A stretch of 64,000 nt of DNA from an uncultured Methylocystaceae bacterium. Its GTDB lineage: Bacteria > Pseudomonadota > Alphaproteobacteria > Rhizobiales > Beijerinckiaceae. The stretch covers positions 818 through 64,817 of the forward strand of contig CALMZV010000176.1 in the NCBI GenBank assembly GCA_937870755.1, written 5' to 3'. A program made the translations under genes and the position numbers. Shown here one piece after another: positions 18,983-27,794 of the stretch (the first letter of the stretch is position 1; the number at the start of each line of letters is the position of its first letter). The notes beneath the pieces are model-generated. The model was not told where the DNA came from and ran no database searches. It saw only the letters and a program-made list of their open reading frames with translations.

Positions 18983-21900
18983 TCAGGCCGCCTTTTTCTG
19001 CGCGATGGCGACCAGCGTGCGCAGCACTTGGCGCGTGCCGTCGAGCCGCTCTTTCGTCTCGTCGAAATCGCGCACGAAGACGAGCTTCATGTCCGGCCGC
19101 ACCTTTGCGCGCGGTCCCTGTTCGGTCACGTAGCGCACGAGACCCTGCGGGTTGGCGAAGGAATTGTCGCGGAACGAGACGATGAGGCCCTTGGGCCCGG
19201 CCTCCACCTTCTCCACGTGCGCCTTGCGCGCGAGCGCCTTGATGGCGACGATCTCCATCAACTGCCCCACTTCCGGCGGCGGTGGGCCGAACCGGTCGAT
19301 CATCTCGGCGGCGAAGGATTCGATGTCGTCCTCGTTCTCGATCGCCGACAGACGGCGGTAGAGCTGCAGGCGCAGATGCAGATCCTCGATATAGGTCTCG
19401 GGGATCGTGACCGGCGCGCCGACGTTGATGGTCGGCGACCACGCTTCCTCCACCGGCTCCTCGTCGCCCGCCTTCAGGGCCTCGATCGCGTCCGCCAGCA
19501 TCTGCTGGTACAGCTCGTAGCCGACTTCCTTGATATGCCCCGACTGCTCGTCGCCGAGCAGGTTGCCCGCGCCGCGAATGTCGAGATCGTGGCTTGCCAA
19601 CTGGAAGCCCGCGCCGAGCGTGTCGAGCGATTGCAAAACCTTCAGGCGCTTTTCCGCCTGCGGCGTCATCTGGCGTTTCGCAGGAACGGTGAACAGGGCG
19701 TACGCGCGCGTCTTGGAGCGTCCCACGCGGCCGCGCAACTGATAGAGCTGCCCGAGGCCGAACATGTCGGCTCGATGCACGATCATCGTGTTGGCGGTCG
19801 GAATGTCGAGGCCCGATTCCACGATCGCGGTCGAAACCAGAATGTCGTATTTGCCGTCGTAGAACGCGGCCATGCGGTCTTCCAGCTCCGTCGCGCTCAT
19901 CTGCCCGTGCGCGAGGACGAACTTCGCCTCCGGAATGTTCTGGCGCAGGAAGGCGGCGGCCTCCTCCAGATCATCTATGCGCGGGCACACATAGAACGAC
20001 TGCCCGCCGCGATAGCGCTCGCGCAACAGCGCCTCGCGCACGATCAGCTCGTCGAAAGGCGTGATGAACGTGCGCACCGCCAGCCGGTCGACCGGCGGCG
20101 TGGCGATGATCGAGAGATCGCGCACGCCCGTCATGGCGAGCTGCAGCGTGCGCGGAATGGGCGTCGCCGACAACGTCAGCACATGCACGTCCGCGCGCAG
20201 CTCTTTCAGCCGCTCCTTGTGCGCCACGCCGAAATGCTGCTCCTCGTCGATGACCACGAGCCCGAGATCCTTGAACTGCACGGTCTTGCCCAGCACCGCA
20301 TGCGTGCCGACGACAATATCGACATCGCCCGACGCAAGGCCCGCCCTGGCGGCGCGCGCGTCGGCGGCGGAAACCATGCGCGACATCTGCGCGATACGCA
20401 CCGGAAGGCCCGCGAACCGCTGCGTGAACGTCTTGAAATGCTGGCGTGCGAGCAGCGTGGTCGGCACGACGACCGCGACCTGCCTGCCGTTGAGCGCGGC
20501 GGTGAAAGCCGCGCGCAGCGCCACTTCGGTCTTGCCGAAGCCGACGTCGCCGCACACCAGCCGGTCCATCGGCCGTCCGCGCGCCAGATCGTCGAGCGTC
20601 GCCTCGATCGCCGCGTCCTGATCCTCCGTCTCGTCGTAGGGAAACCGCGCGCAGAACTCGTCGTAGAGGCCGGGCGGCGGCGTGAGCGCGGGCGCCTTGT
20701 GCAGCATGCGCTGCGCGGCGAGCTTGATGAGGCCGTGCGCGATCTCGCGGATGCGCTTCTTCATCCGCGCCTTGCGGTTCTGCCAGCCGGCGCCGCCCAG
20801 CCGGTCGAGCGTCGCTTCCTGATCCTCCGAACCGTAGCGCGACAGCAGTTCGAGGTTTTCGACCGGCAGGAACAGTTTGTCGCCGCCGGCGTAGTGCAGC
20901 TCCAGACAATCGTGCGGCAGGCCCATCGCCTGAATCTGCGACAGGCCGACGAACCGCCCGATGCCGTGGTCGACATGCACGACCAGATCGCCGGCCGACA
21001 GCGCGCCCACTTCGTGCAGCACGTCCTGCCCGCGCTTGTGCTTCCTGCGCGCGCGCACCAGACGATCGCCGAGAATGTCCTGCTCGCCGATGACCGCCAG
21101 ATCGCCCGCGACGAACCCCTGTTCCAGTCCGACGACGGCGAGCGCCACGCCTTTGACCTTGCGCGCTTGCGCGAGCGAGGCGACGGGCTCGCCGCCTTTC
21201 AGGCCGTGTTCGGCGAGCACATGGCCGAGCCGCTCGCGCGAACCGTCCGACCAGCCCGCGACGATCACGCGCTTGCCTTCGCCCTGGAGCGTTTCGATGT
21301 GCCGGACCGCGGCCTCGAACACGTTGGCGTTCTCGTCTGCGCGCTCGGGGGCGAACGAACGGCCGGCCGCCGCGCCAAGATCGACGATCGTCAGCCCCGG
21401 CGCGTCTGGCTGGGCGAAGGGCGTGAACCGCGCGAGGGGCGTCGCGTCCGCCAGCGCGCGCCATTCCGCGGGCGCCAGGTAGAGCGCATCCGGTTTCAGC
21501 GGCTTGTAGTTGGACTGGGCGGGGTCGGCCAGGTAGTTTTCGCGCCGCGCGTCGTAATAGTCCTGCACCTGCGCCAATCGCTCGCCGGCGGCGTCTTCCA
21601 CCAGCGGATCGAACAAGAGCGGCGCGCCGGACAGAAAATCGAACAGCGTGCTCATGCCGTCGGTGAACAGCGGCAGCCAGTGCTCCATTCCGGGCGTGCG
21701 ACGGCCTTCGGAAATTGCTTCGTAGAGCGTGTCGCCGCGCGTCTCGGCGCCGAATTCGGCGACATAGGCCTGGCGGAAGCGCCGCATGGTTTCGCTGGTG
21801 AGCTGCGCCTCGCTCATCGGCGTCAGGTCCAGCGCGCGCAGCGTGGCGGTCGTGCGCTGCGATTCCGCATCGAAGGCGCGGATCGATTCCAGCGTGTCGC

Positions 21901-22495
21901 CGAAGAAGTCGAGCCGCACCGGAGCCGGCATGCCCGGCGCGTAAAGATCGCAAATGCCGCCGCGCAAAGCATATTCGCCGGCCTCGCGCACGACGGAGGC
22001 GCGCACGAAGCCGTTGGCCTCCAGCCAGCGCACGAGATCGTCGGTGTTGACGAGATTGCCGGGGGCGGCGGAAAACGCGTCGGCCGCGATGCGCCCGAGC
22101 GGCGGAACGCGCTGCACGAGCGCGTTGACGGTGGTCGCCAGCACGCGCGGGCGTTCGAGCGAACCGCTGGATCGCGCAAGCCGCGCCAGGGTCGTCATAC
22201 GCCGCGCGGCGATGGCGGCGGTCGGTGAAACGCGGTCGTAGGGCTGGCAGTCCCATGCGGGAAAGTCGAGAATCTCGATCTCGGGCGCGGCGAAGGCCAG
22301 CGCGTCCTGAAACGCGCGCGAGCGCTGCCCGTCGCGCGCCACATGCGCGAGCGCGACGCTTCTGCTTTCGCCGGCGCGCGCAAGGCCGCGCGCGAGGTCG
22401 GCGGCGACGAACGCATCGAAACCGTCCGGCGTGCGCGCCAGCGTCACGTCGCCGCCGCGTTCGAGTTCGCGCAAAGCGCGTTGGAAGTCCTTCAC
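18983..22495 (-). CDS. mfd: transcription-repair coupling factor
   Basis: 1170-aa ORF with Walker A GDVGFGKTEVA, DEEQHFGV, helicase C motifs and typical Mfd length and domain order. Confidence 0.97.
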   Translation of the reverse strand: MKDFQRALRELERGGDVTLARTPDGFDAFVAADLARGLARAGESRSVALAHVARDGQRSRAFQDALAFAAPEIEILDFPAWDCQPYDRVSPTAAIAARRMTTLARLARSSGSLERPRVLATTVNALVQRVPPLGRIAADAFSAAPGNLVNTDDLVRWLEANGFVRASVVREAGEYALRGGICDLYAPGMPAPVRLDFFGDTLESIRAFDAESQRTTATLRALDLTPMSEAQLTSETMRRFRQAYVAEFGAETRGDTLYEAISEGRRTPGMEHWLPLFTDGMSTLFDFLSGAPLLFDPLVEDAAGERLAQVQDYYDARRENYLADPAQSNYKPLKPDALYLAPAEWRALADATPLARFTPFAQPDAPGLTIVDLGAAAGRSFAPERADENANVFEAAVRHIETLQGEGKRVIVAGWSDGSRERLGHVLAEHGLKGGEPVASLAQARKVKGVALAVVGLEQGFVAGDLAVIGEQDILGDRLVRARRKHKRGQDVLHEVGALSAGDLVVHVDHGIGRFVGLSQIQAMGLPHDCLELHYAGGDKLFLPVENLELLSRYGSEDQEATLDRLGGAGWQNRKARMKKRIREIAHGLIKLAAQRMLHKAPALTPPPGLYDEFCARFPYDETEDQDAAIEATLDDLARGRPMDRLVCGDVGFGKTEVALRAAFTAALNGRQVAVVVPTTLLARQHFKTFTQRFAGLPVRIAQMSRMVSAADARAARAGLASGDVDIVVGTHAVLGKTVQFKDLGLVVIDEEQHFGVAHKERLKELRADVHVLTLSATPIPRTLQLAMTGVRDLSIIATPPVDRLAVRTFITPFDELIVREALLRERYRGGQSFYVCPRIDDLEEAAAFLRQNIPEAKFVLAHGQMSATELEDRMAAFYDGKYDILVSTAIVESGLDIPTANTMIVHRADMFGLGQLYQLRGRVGRSKTRAYALFTVPAKRQMTPQAEKRLKVLQSLDTLGAGFQLASHDLDIRGAGNLLGDEQSGHIKEVGYELYQQMLADAIEALKAGDEEPVEEAWSPTINVGAPVTIPETYIEDLHLRLQLYRRLSAIENEDDIESFAAEMIDRFGPPPPEVGQLMEIVAIKALARKAHVEKVEAGPKGLIVSFRDNSFANPQGLVRYVTEQGPRAKVRPDMKLVFVRDFDETKERLDGTRQVLRTLVAIAQKKAA

Positions 22496-22513
22496 CTTCG
22501 ATCCGTTTCGCGT

Positions 22514-22801
22514 TCAGATATGGATCGGGCCGCTGTGCCTGTGAAATTCGACGATCTTGCGGAACACCGGCGTGTCGTATTCGCGCGGCGTGGGCTCGGA
22601 GCCCGCCAGCCACGAGAACGCCTGCTGGTCCGGCGCATCGAGAAAGGCTTCCAGATCGGCGATGTCGCGTTCGTCGAGCGCGTCCAGTCTGGCGTCGACG
22701 AATCCGCCGATCAGAATGTCCATCTCGCGCATGCCGCGCCGCCATGCGCGAATGCGAATGGCGCGGCGGCGGACGTCGAGATCCGCAGCAGTCCCGGTCA
22801 T
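22514..22801 (-). CDS. sdhE: succinate dehydrogenase assembly factor 2 (SdhE/DUF339 family)
   Basis: 95-aa ORF. RRRAIRIRAWRRGMREMDILIGGFVD...LDAPDQQAFSWL is characteristic. Confidence 0.85.
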   Translation of the reverse strand: MTGTAADLDVRRRAIRIRAWRRGMREMDILIGGFVDARLDALDERDIADLEAFLDAPDQQAFSWLAGSEPTPREYDTPVFRKIVEFHRHSGPIHI

Positions 22802-22892
22802 ATCGATCTCCGTCGACGGCCGGCGCGGTTAGACGGCGCGGGCCGGCCCGTATATAGCCACTCGCAGCCGCGCTGTCAGCCGGAATGGAGCC

Positions 22893-24986
22893 ATGCGCCC
22901 CTCGCTCATCGACCCTCTGTTCGCATCGCTCGCCACGCTGCCGGGCGTGGGGCCGAAAACGGCCAGGTCGTTCGACCGCCTGTTGCGCGAGGACGCGCGT
23001 GTGGTGGACCTCCTGTTCCATGCGCCGCACGGCTTTGTGGACCGCCGCCTGCGCCCTAAGATCGCCGAGGCGCCGCTCGACGCGCAGGTCGTCATCGCGG
23101 GGCGCGTGACAGAGCATCGGCCGCCGCCGGGCCGCTATTCCAACGCGCCGTTTCGCGTTTTGGTGGAGGACGACACCGGCGACGTGCAGCTCGTCTTCTT
23201 CCGCAACAATCAGGCCTGGGTCGAAAAGGCGCTGCCGCTCGGCGCGCTGCGCTGGATTTCCGGCCGGCTGGAACTGTGGGACGGCCATCGCCAGATGGTC
23301 CATCCGGACCGCATTCTGGACGAGGAGGGCGTCGCGCGGCTGCGCCCGGTGGAACCCGTCTACGGACTTGTCGAAGGTCTGTTTCAACGCAACGTGATCA
23401 AGGCGGTCGAGGCGGCGCTCGCGCGCCTGCCGAACCTGCCGGAATGGCTGGCGCCGCCGACGTTGCGGATGATCGGCGCGCCGTCGTTCGCCGATGCGCT
23501 GCGCGCGCTGCACGATCCGCAGGGCGCGGCCGATCTGTCGCCGCAGGCCCGGCCCCGCACGCGGCTGGCGTTCGACGAACTGCTGTCGCAGCAGCTCTCG
23601 TTGCGGCTCGTGCGGTCGCAGATGCGTCGCGCGAAGGGCCGGGCGAGCGTGGGCGATGGATCGAAATCCGGCGCCATCGAGCGCGCGCTGCCGTTCGCGC
23701 TCACCGGCGCGCAGCGCGCGGCCCTCGCCGATATTCGCGCGGATCTCGCGGCGGACAGGAAGATGCTGCGCCTGTTGCAGGGCGATGTCGGTTCCGGCAA
23801 GACGGTGGTCGCGCTTCTGGCCATGGCGACTGCCGTGGAAGCGGGGCGCCAGGCCGCGCTGATGGCGCCGACGGAGATTCTCGCGCGCCAGCACTACGAG
23901 CGCATCGCCCCTTTGTGCGCCGGAGCCGGCCTGCGCATCGCGCTGCTGACCGGTCGCGACAAGGCGGCCGAGCGGCGCGCCACGCTTGCAGGGCTGGCGG
24001 CCGGCGGGATCGACATCGCGGTCGGCACGCATGCGCTGGTGCAGGAGGGCGTGACGTTCCACGACCTCGGGCTCGCCATCGTCGACGAACAGCATCGCTT
24101 CGGCGTGCACCAGCGCCTGATGTTGAGCGAGAAGGGCGCCGCCGCCGATGTGCTGGTGATGACGGCGACGCCCATTCCGCGCACGCTGGTGCTGACCTAT
24201 TTCGGCGACATGGACGTGTCGAACCTGACCGAAAAGCCGCCGGGCCGCCAGAAGATCGACACGCGCGCGGTTCCGCTCGAACGGCTGGAGGCGGTCGTCG
24301 ACGGCGTGGAGCGCGCCATCGCCGAGGGCGCGCGCGTTTATTGGGTGTGCCCGCTGGTCGCCGAGAACGACGCGCTGGAAGTCGCGGCCGCCGAACAGCG
24401 GTTCGAGGCTTTGAAGAAGCGGTTCGGCGCGCGCGTCGGCCTCGTGCACGGGCAGATGAAGGGCAGGGACAAGGACGCCGCCATGCTCGCCTTTCAGGCG
24501 GGCGAAACGCGCATACTGGTGGCCACCACGGTGATCGAAGTCGGCGTCGACGTGCCGGAGGCGACCGTCATGGTTATTGAACACGCGGAGCGGTTCGGGC
24601 TGGCGCAATTGCACCAGTTGCGCGGGCGCGTGGGGCGCGGCGCCGCCCGGTCGTCGTGCATACTTCTCTACAAGGGGCCGCTCGGCGAGACGGCGATGGC
24701 GCGCCTGTCGATCCTGCGCGAGAGCGACGACGGGTTTCGTCTGGCCGAGGAAGATTTGCGCCTGCGCGGCGAGGGCGAAATTCTCGGGCTGCGGCAGTCC
24801 GGCGCGCCCGGCTTCGTGTTCGTCGATCTGGCGGCGCATGGCGCGCTGATGGCGCGTGCGCGCGAGGAGGCGGAGGAAATTCTGGAGTCCGATCCCGCGC
24901 TGACCGGCGAACGCGGCCGCGCGTTGCGGTTGCTGCTCTACATATTCGGCCGCGACGAGGCCGTGAAACTCTTGCGCGCGGGCTAG
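22893..24986 (+). CDS. recG: ATP-dependent DNA helicase RecG
   Basis: 697-aa ORF with LPGVGPKTA, the wedge-domain region, Walker A GDVGSGKT, DEQHRFG and QLHQLRGRVGRG. Confidence 0.96.
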   Translation: MRPSLIDPLFASLATLPGVGPKTARSFDRLLREDARVVDLLFHAPHGFVDRRLRPKIAEAPLDAQVVIAGRVTEHRPPPGRYSNAPFRVLVEDDTGDVQLVFFRNNQAWVEKALPLGALRWISGRLELWDGHRQMVHPDRILDEEGVARLRPVEPVYGLVEGLFQRNVIKAVEAALARLPNLPEWLAPPTLRMIGAPSFADALRALHDPQGAADLSPQARPRTRLAFDELLSQQLSLRLVRSQMRRAKGRASVGDGSKSGAIERALPFALTGAQRAALADIRADLAADRKMLRLLQGDVGSGKTVVALLAMATAVEAGRQAALMAPTEILARQHYERIAPLCAGAGLRIALLTGRDKAAERRATLAGLAAGGIDIAVGTHALVQEGVTFHDLGLAIVDEQHRFGVHQRLMLSEKGAAADVLVMTATPIPRTLVLTYFGDMDVSNLTEKPPGRQKIDTRAVPLERLEAVVDGVERAIAEGARVYWVCPLVAENDALEVAAAEQRFEALKKRFGARVGLVHGQMKGRDKDAAMLAFQAGETRILVATTVIEVGVDVPEATVMVIEHAERFGLAQLHQLRGRVGRGAARSSCILLYKGPLGETAMARLSILRESDDGFRLAEEDLRLRGEGEILGLRQSGAPGFVFVDLAAHGALMARAREEAEEILESDPALTGERGRALRLLLYIFGRDEAVKLLRAG

Positions 24987-25030
24987 AGCATCATCCGTTC
25001 GGGCGGATTCGCTTGAACGACGAGATGATG

Positions 25031-25054
25031 CGAAGTCCGGCGTTTCGGACTTCG
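25031..25054. terminator. hairpin between convergent recG and flippase-like gene
   Basis: CGAAGTCCG-GCGTTT-CGGACTTCG is a perfect 9-bp stem. There is no clear U-tract, so function is uncertain. Confidence 0.4.
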
Positions 25055-25114
25055 CGAGCGCGGCGAAACTGCTCCCTCGCCGCGCCATCGCAAGGACGGC
25101 CGCAGTCCAGCCGC

Positions 25115-26389
25115 CTAGGCGGCTTCATCGCTGCGGGGTCGCTCGCGCCATGCGCCGTCGCCTCCCGCCCGCCGCGCGGGAGCGCGCATCACGAAGTAGA
25201 AGTTGAATCCGAAGTACACGACATAGGTCGCCGCGTAACAGGCGCAGGCGACCGTCAGCGACCGCGGCGCGACGACCGTCAGCAGAAACGCGAACAGCGG
25301 CAGCGATAGCCATTCGCCGATGGCCGCCGCCTTCACCTGTTCGGACGCGAACAGGCCCTGCAAGCCGACCCAGGAGGCCACGCGCAGCGCATCGCCGGCA
25401 AGAAACAGCGCGCTGGCCAGCGCAGGCATGAGGAACTGCTCGCTGTAGAGGAACGGAATGATCGCGCCCTGCGTGAGCCACAGCACGAACGCAGCGGCGA
25501 AGGTCGGCAATGCGATCATACGCAGCGCGACCATGAATTCCTGTCGTATGCGGCCTTCGGCGGCCGCCGCCGCCATGCGCGGAAAGAAGACCAGACCGAG
25601 CGCCGCGCCGGCGATGTTGGTGATCCAGTCGTCGGTGCGCCACAGCGCCTGCAATTGCGCCACCTCGTTCCACGACAGATGTTTGGCGAGTTCCGCGCGG
25701 CTCCACAGGATCGAAATGGGGCTGAGCAGCCCGATCGACAGACCGGCGGGAATGTAGGCGGCGAGCCTGGAGCCGCGCCATCCGCCTTCGATCCGGAACA
25801 GGTCGCGCCGCCACAGCACGAGCACGATCGCGATCGCGCACTGTCCCAGTATCTGCGACCACAGGAGGCGTTCGAGCGTCGGCGTTCCGAAGGCGCCGGC
25901 GGCGGCCAGCGCGAGCGGCGCGGCGCCGGCGAGCGCGAGCGCCAGCATCTTGCCGCGTTCGGCGCGGCCCTGCCAGAAACAGGAGAACAACCCAGGCGCG
26001 ACGGACACGAAACCCGCCAGCACGGCGAGCGCGCCCAGTTGCGGCGTGGGCGCGATCTCGCGTCCCGCCCACTCGTTCAGCCACGGCATGGCGGCGAGCG
26101 CGACGAGCGACATGGCGCCGGATGCGACAAGCCCCCACACGAGCGCGTCGCGGATCAACCTGTCCGGCGGATCGGCGCGGCGCGCGGCGTAGACCGTCAG
26201 CCCCTGGCCGACGCCCGCCAGCGCGATCGCCGCCGGCAGATCGAGCATTGTCTGCAATTGCGCCCAGCGCGCCACGACCGACCAGTCGGCGCCGAGCGCC
26301 AGCAGCTTGTCGATCAGCGCGCGCGTCGAAAGGCCGACCAGAACGAGCGCAAGGCCTATGGCGACGTGTCTGTTGAGGAGCCGGGTCAC
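25115..26389 (-). CDS. polytopic membrane protein, oligosaccharide flippase (Wzx/PST, MOP superfamily)-like
   Basis: 424-aa ORF with about 12 hydrophobic segments. Length and topology are like Wzx/PST polysaccharide transporters. The assignment rests on resemblance only. Confidence 0.5.
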   Translation of the reverse strand: MTRLLNRHVAIGLALVLVGLSTRALIDKLLALGADWSVVARWAQLQTMLDLPAAIALAGVGQGLTVYAARRADPPDRLIRDALVWGLVASGAMSLVALAAMPWLNEWAGREIAPTPQLGALAVLAGFVSVAPGLFSCFWQGRAERGKMLALALAGAAPLALAAAGAFGTPTLERLLWSQILGQCAIAIVLVLWRRDLFRIEGGWRGSRLAAYIPAGLSIGLLSPISILWSRAELAKHLSWNEVAQLQALWRTDDWITNIAGAALGLVFFPRMAAAAAEGRIRQEFMVALRMIALPTFAAAFVLWLTQGAIIPFLYSEQFLMPALASALFLAGDALRVASWVGLQGLFASEQVKAAAIGEWLSLPLFAFLLTVVAPRSLTVACACYAATYVVYFGFNFYFVMRAPARRAGGDGAWRERPRSDEAA

Positions 26390-26420
26390 GCGCGCAAGGC
26401 TAGAGGCGAAAGGTAAACGC

Positions 26421-27794
26421 TCACGTCACCTCGATCCACGTGGCCAGGCCCGCCGCCTCGTGGTCGGCGATATCGCAGCGCACGGCCCATCTGCCGGGCG
26501 CCTGCGGCAGCAGCGCGACGATCTTGCGCGCGTGGCGCGGCACGATGACGGCGTTGCGCCAGTAAGGCTCCCAGCCGTCGTCGAGATCGTGCAGCAATCG
26601 CATCGCCTGCCCATGCACGTGCATGGACAGCGCGGCGGCCGACTTGTTGACGAAGGCGATGGACAGGGGCGTTCCGCGCCTGGCCTTGAGAACGGGCGGC
26701 CCGCCGTAGCCGCCCTTCGCGCCGTTGACGGTCCACGCGCCGCCCGGCGTCCTGGGCGCGTCCAAGGTGAGCGTCAGTTTCGTCGCCTGTCCCAGCCGGA
26801 TTTCGGGCGGCAGCGTGGCGTTCACGGGCAGCGACGGTATCGGCCCGCGCGCCCCGACGCGCGCGCCCGCGAGCGCAAAGACCGCGAGATCCTTGAGCGT
26901 GGTCTCGCCGTCCTTGAGGAGGATTTTCGCCTCCGCGCCTTCGTGCGTCGGCAGGTCGAACATCAGGTCGAACCGCGCGCCGGGGGCGACGGGCAGAATG
27001 TTGCGCACCGGCTCGAACGGTTCGCACGGTTGCCCGTCGATCGCCAGCACGAACGGCCGAACGCCGGCGAAGGTCAGAATGGCGATCCGCGCCGCGCAGG
27101 CGTTGGCCAGGCGCAGCCGCACCCGCGCGCCTGGCGCGAACGACTCGCGGATGGGCGCGGCGACGCCGTTGGCGGTGACAAGCCCGCCGATGCGGCCTGC
27201 GCCCGCCGCCGCCATCGGCTCGCCGAACGCGCCGGTGAACGCGCCGTCCGGTTGCAGCGCCCAGTCCTGCAGCACGAAGGCGAGATCACGGTCGACCTCG
27301 GGCGGGCTGGCTTCGTCGACGATCAGCAGGCCTGCGAGCCCGCGCGCGGTCTGCTCCGCGCTCACGCCCGCCGGGCGATAGAGATACAGCCCGCTGTCGG
27401 CCGCGCGGAACCGGTAGTCGAACGACCCGCCGGGCGGTACGGCCGGCTGCGTGAGTCCGGCCACGCCGTCCATCGCGTTTTCGTTGCGCAACCCGTGCCA
27501 GTGCAGCGTGGTGGGCTGATCGAGCCGGTTGACGAGCTGCACGCGCACGTCCTCGCCCTGTTTCACGCGCAGCAGCGGGCCGGGCGAGGCGCCGTCGTAG
27601 CCCCAGATCTGCGTTTCGCCGGTCGCCGCGCCCAGTTTCAGGCCGGCCTTGCGCGCTTCCAGAACGCGCGGCGCGCCGGAGGGCGCGGCGCCCGACATGC
27701 CGGTCATGCCGCTCGTCTGGGCGCCTGCGCGATCGAGCGCGAAGACGGACGCGCCGATTGCGCCGACGACCGTGCGACGCGTGATCTCCATCAT
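26421..27794 (-). CDS. Tat-exported multicopper-oxidase-fold (cupredoxin) protein, copper-ligand motifs partly degenerate (FtsP/SufI-like?)
   Basis: 457-aa ORF with Tat leader MMEITRRTVVGAIGASVFAL. It has HWHGL and MHVHG motifs. The WYHxH position reads LYLYRPAG and the HCHxxxHxxxGM position reads RCDIADHEAAGL. Confidence 0.75.
   Translation of the reverse strand: MMEITRRTVVGAIGASVFALDRAGAQTSGMTGMSGAAPSGAPRVLEARKAGLKLGAATGETQIWGYDGASPGPLLRVKQGEDVRVQLVNRLDQPTTLHWHGLRNENAMDGVAGLTQPAVPPGGSFDYRFRAADSGLYLYRPAGVSAEQTARGLAGLLIVDEASPPEVDRDLAFVLQDWALQPDGAFTGAFGEPMAAAGAGRIGGLVTANGVAAPIRESFAPGARVRLRLANACAARIAILTFAGVRPFVLAIDGQPCEPFEPVRNILPVAPGARFDLMFDLPTHEGAEAKILLKDGETTLKDLAVFALAGARVGARGPIPSLPVNATLPPEIRLGQATKLTLTLDAPRTPGGAWTVNGAKGGYGGPPVLKARRGTPLSIAFVNKSAAALSMHVHGQAMRLLHDLDDGWEPYWRNAVIVPRHARKIVALLPQAPGRWAVRCDIADHEAAGLATWIEVT

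Noticed and set aside
19971-25088. 1705-aa minus-strand ORF and the 1066-aa plus-strand ORF (19028..22228) overlapping mfd, sdhE and recG
   Set aside because: They are off-frame or antisense to mfd and recG, both of which carry full helicase motif sets. The sequences are low-complexity Arg/Ala/Pro-rich, so these are GC-content artefacts.
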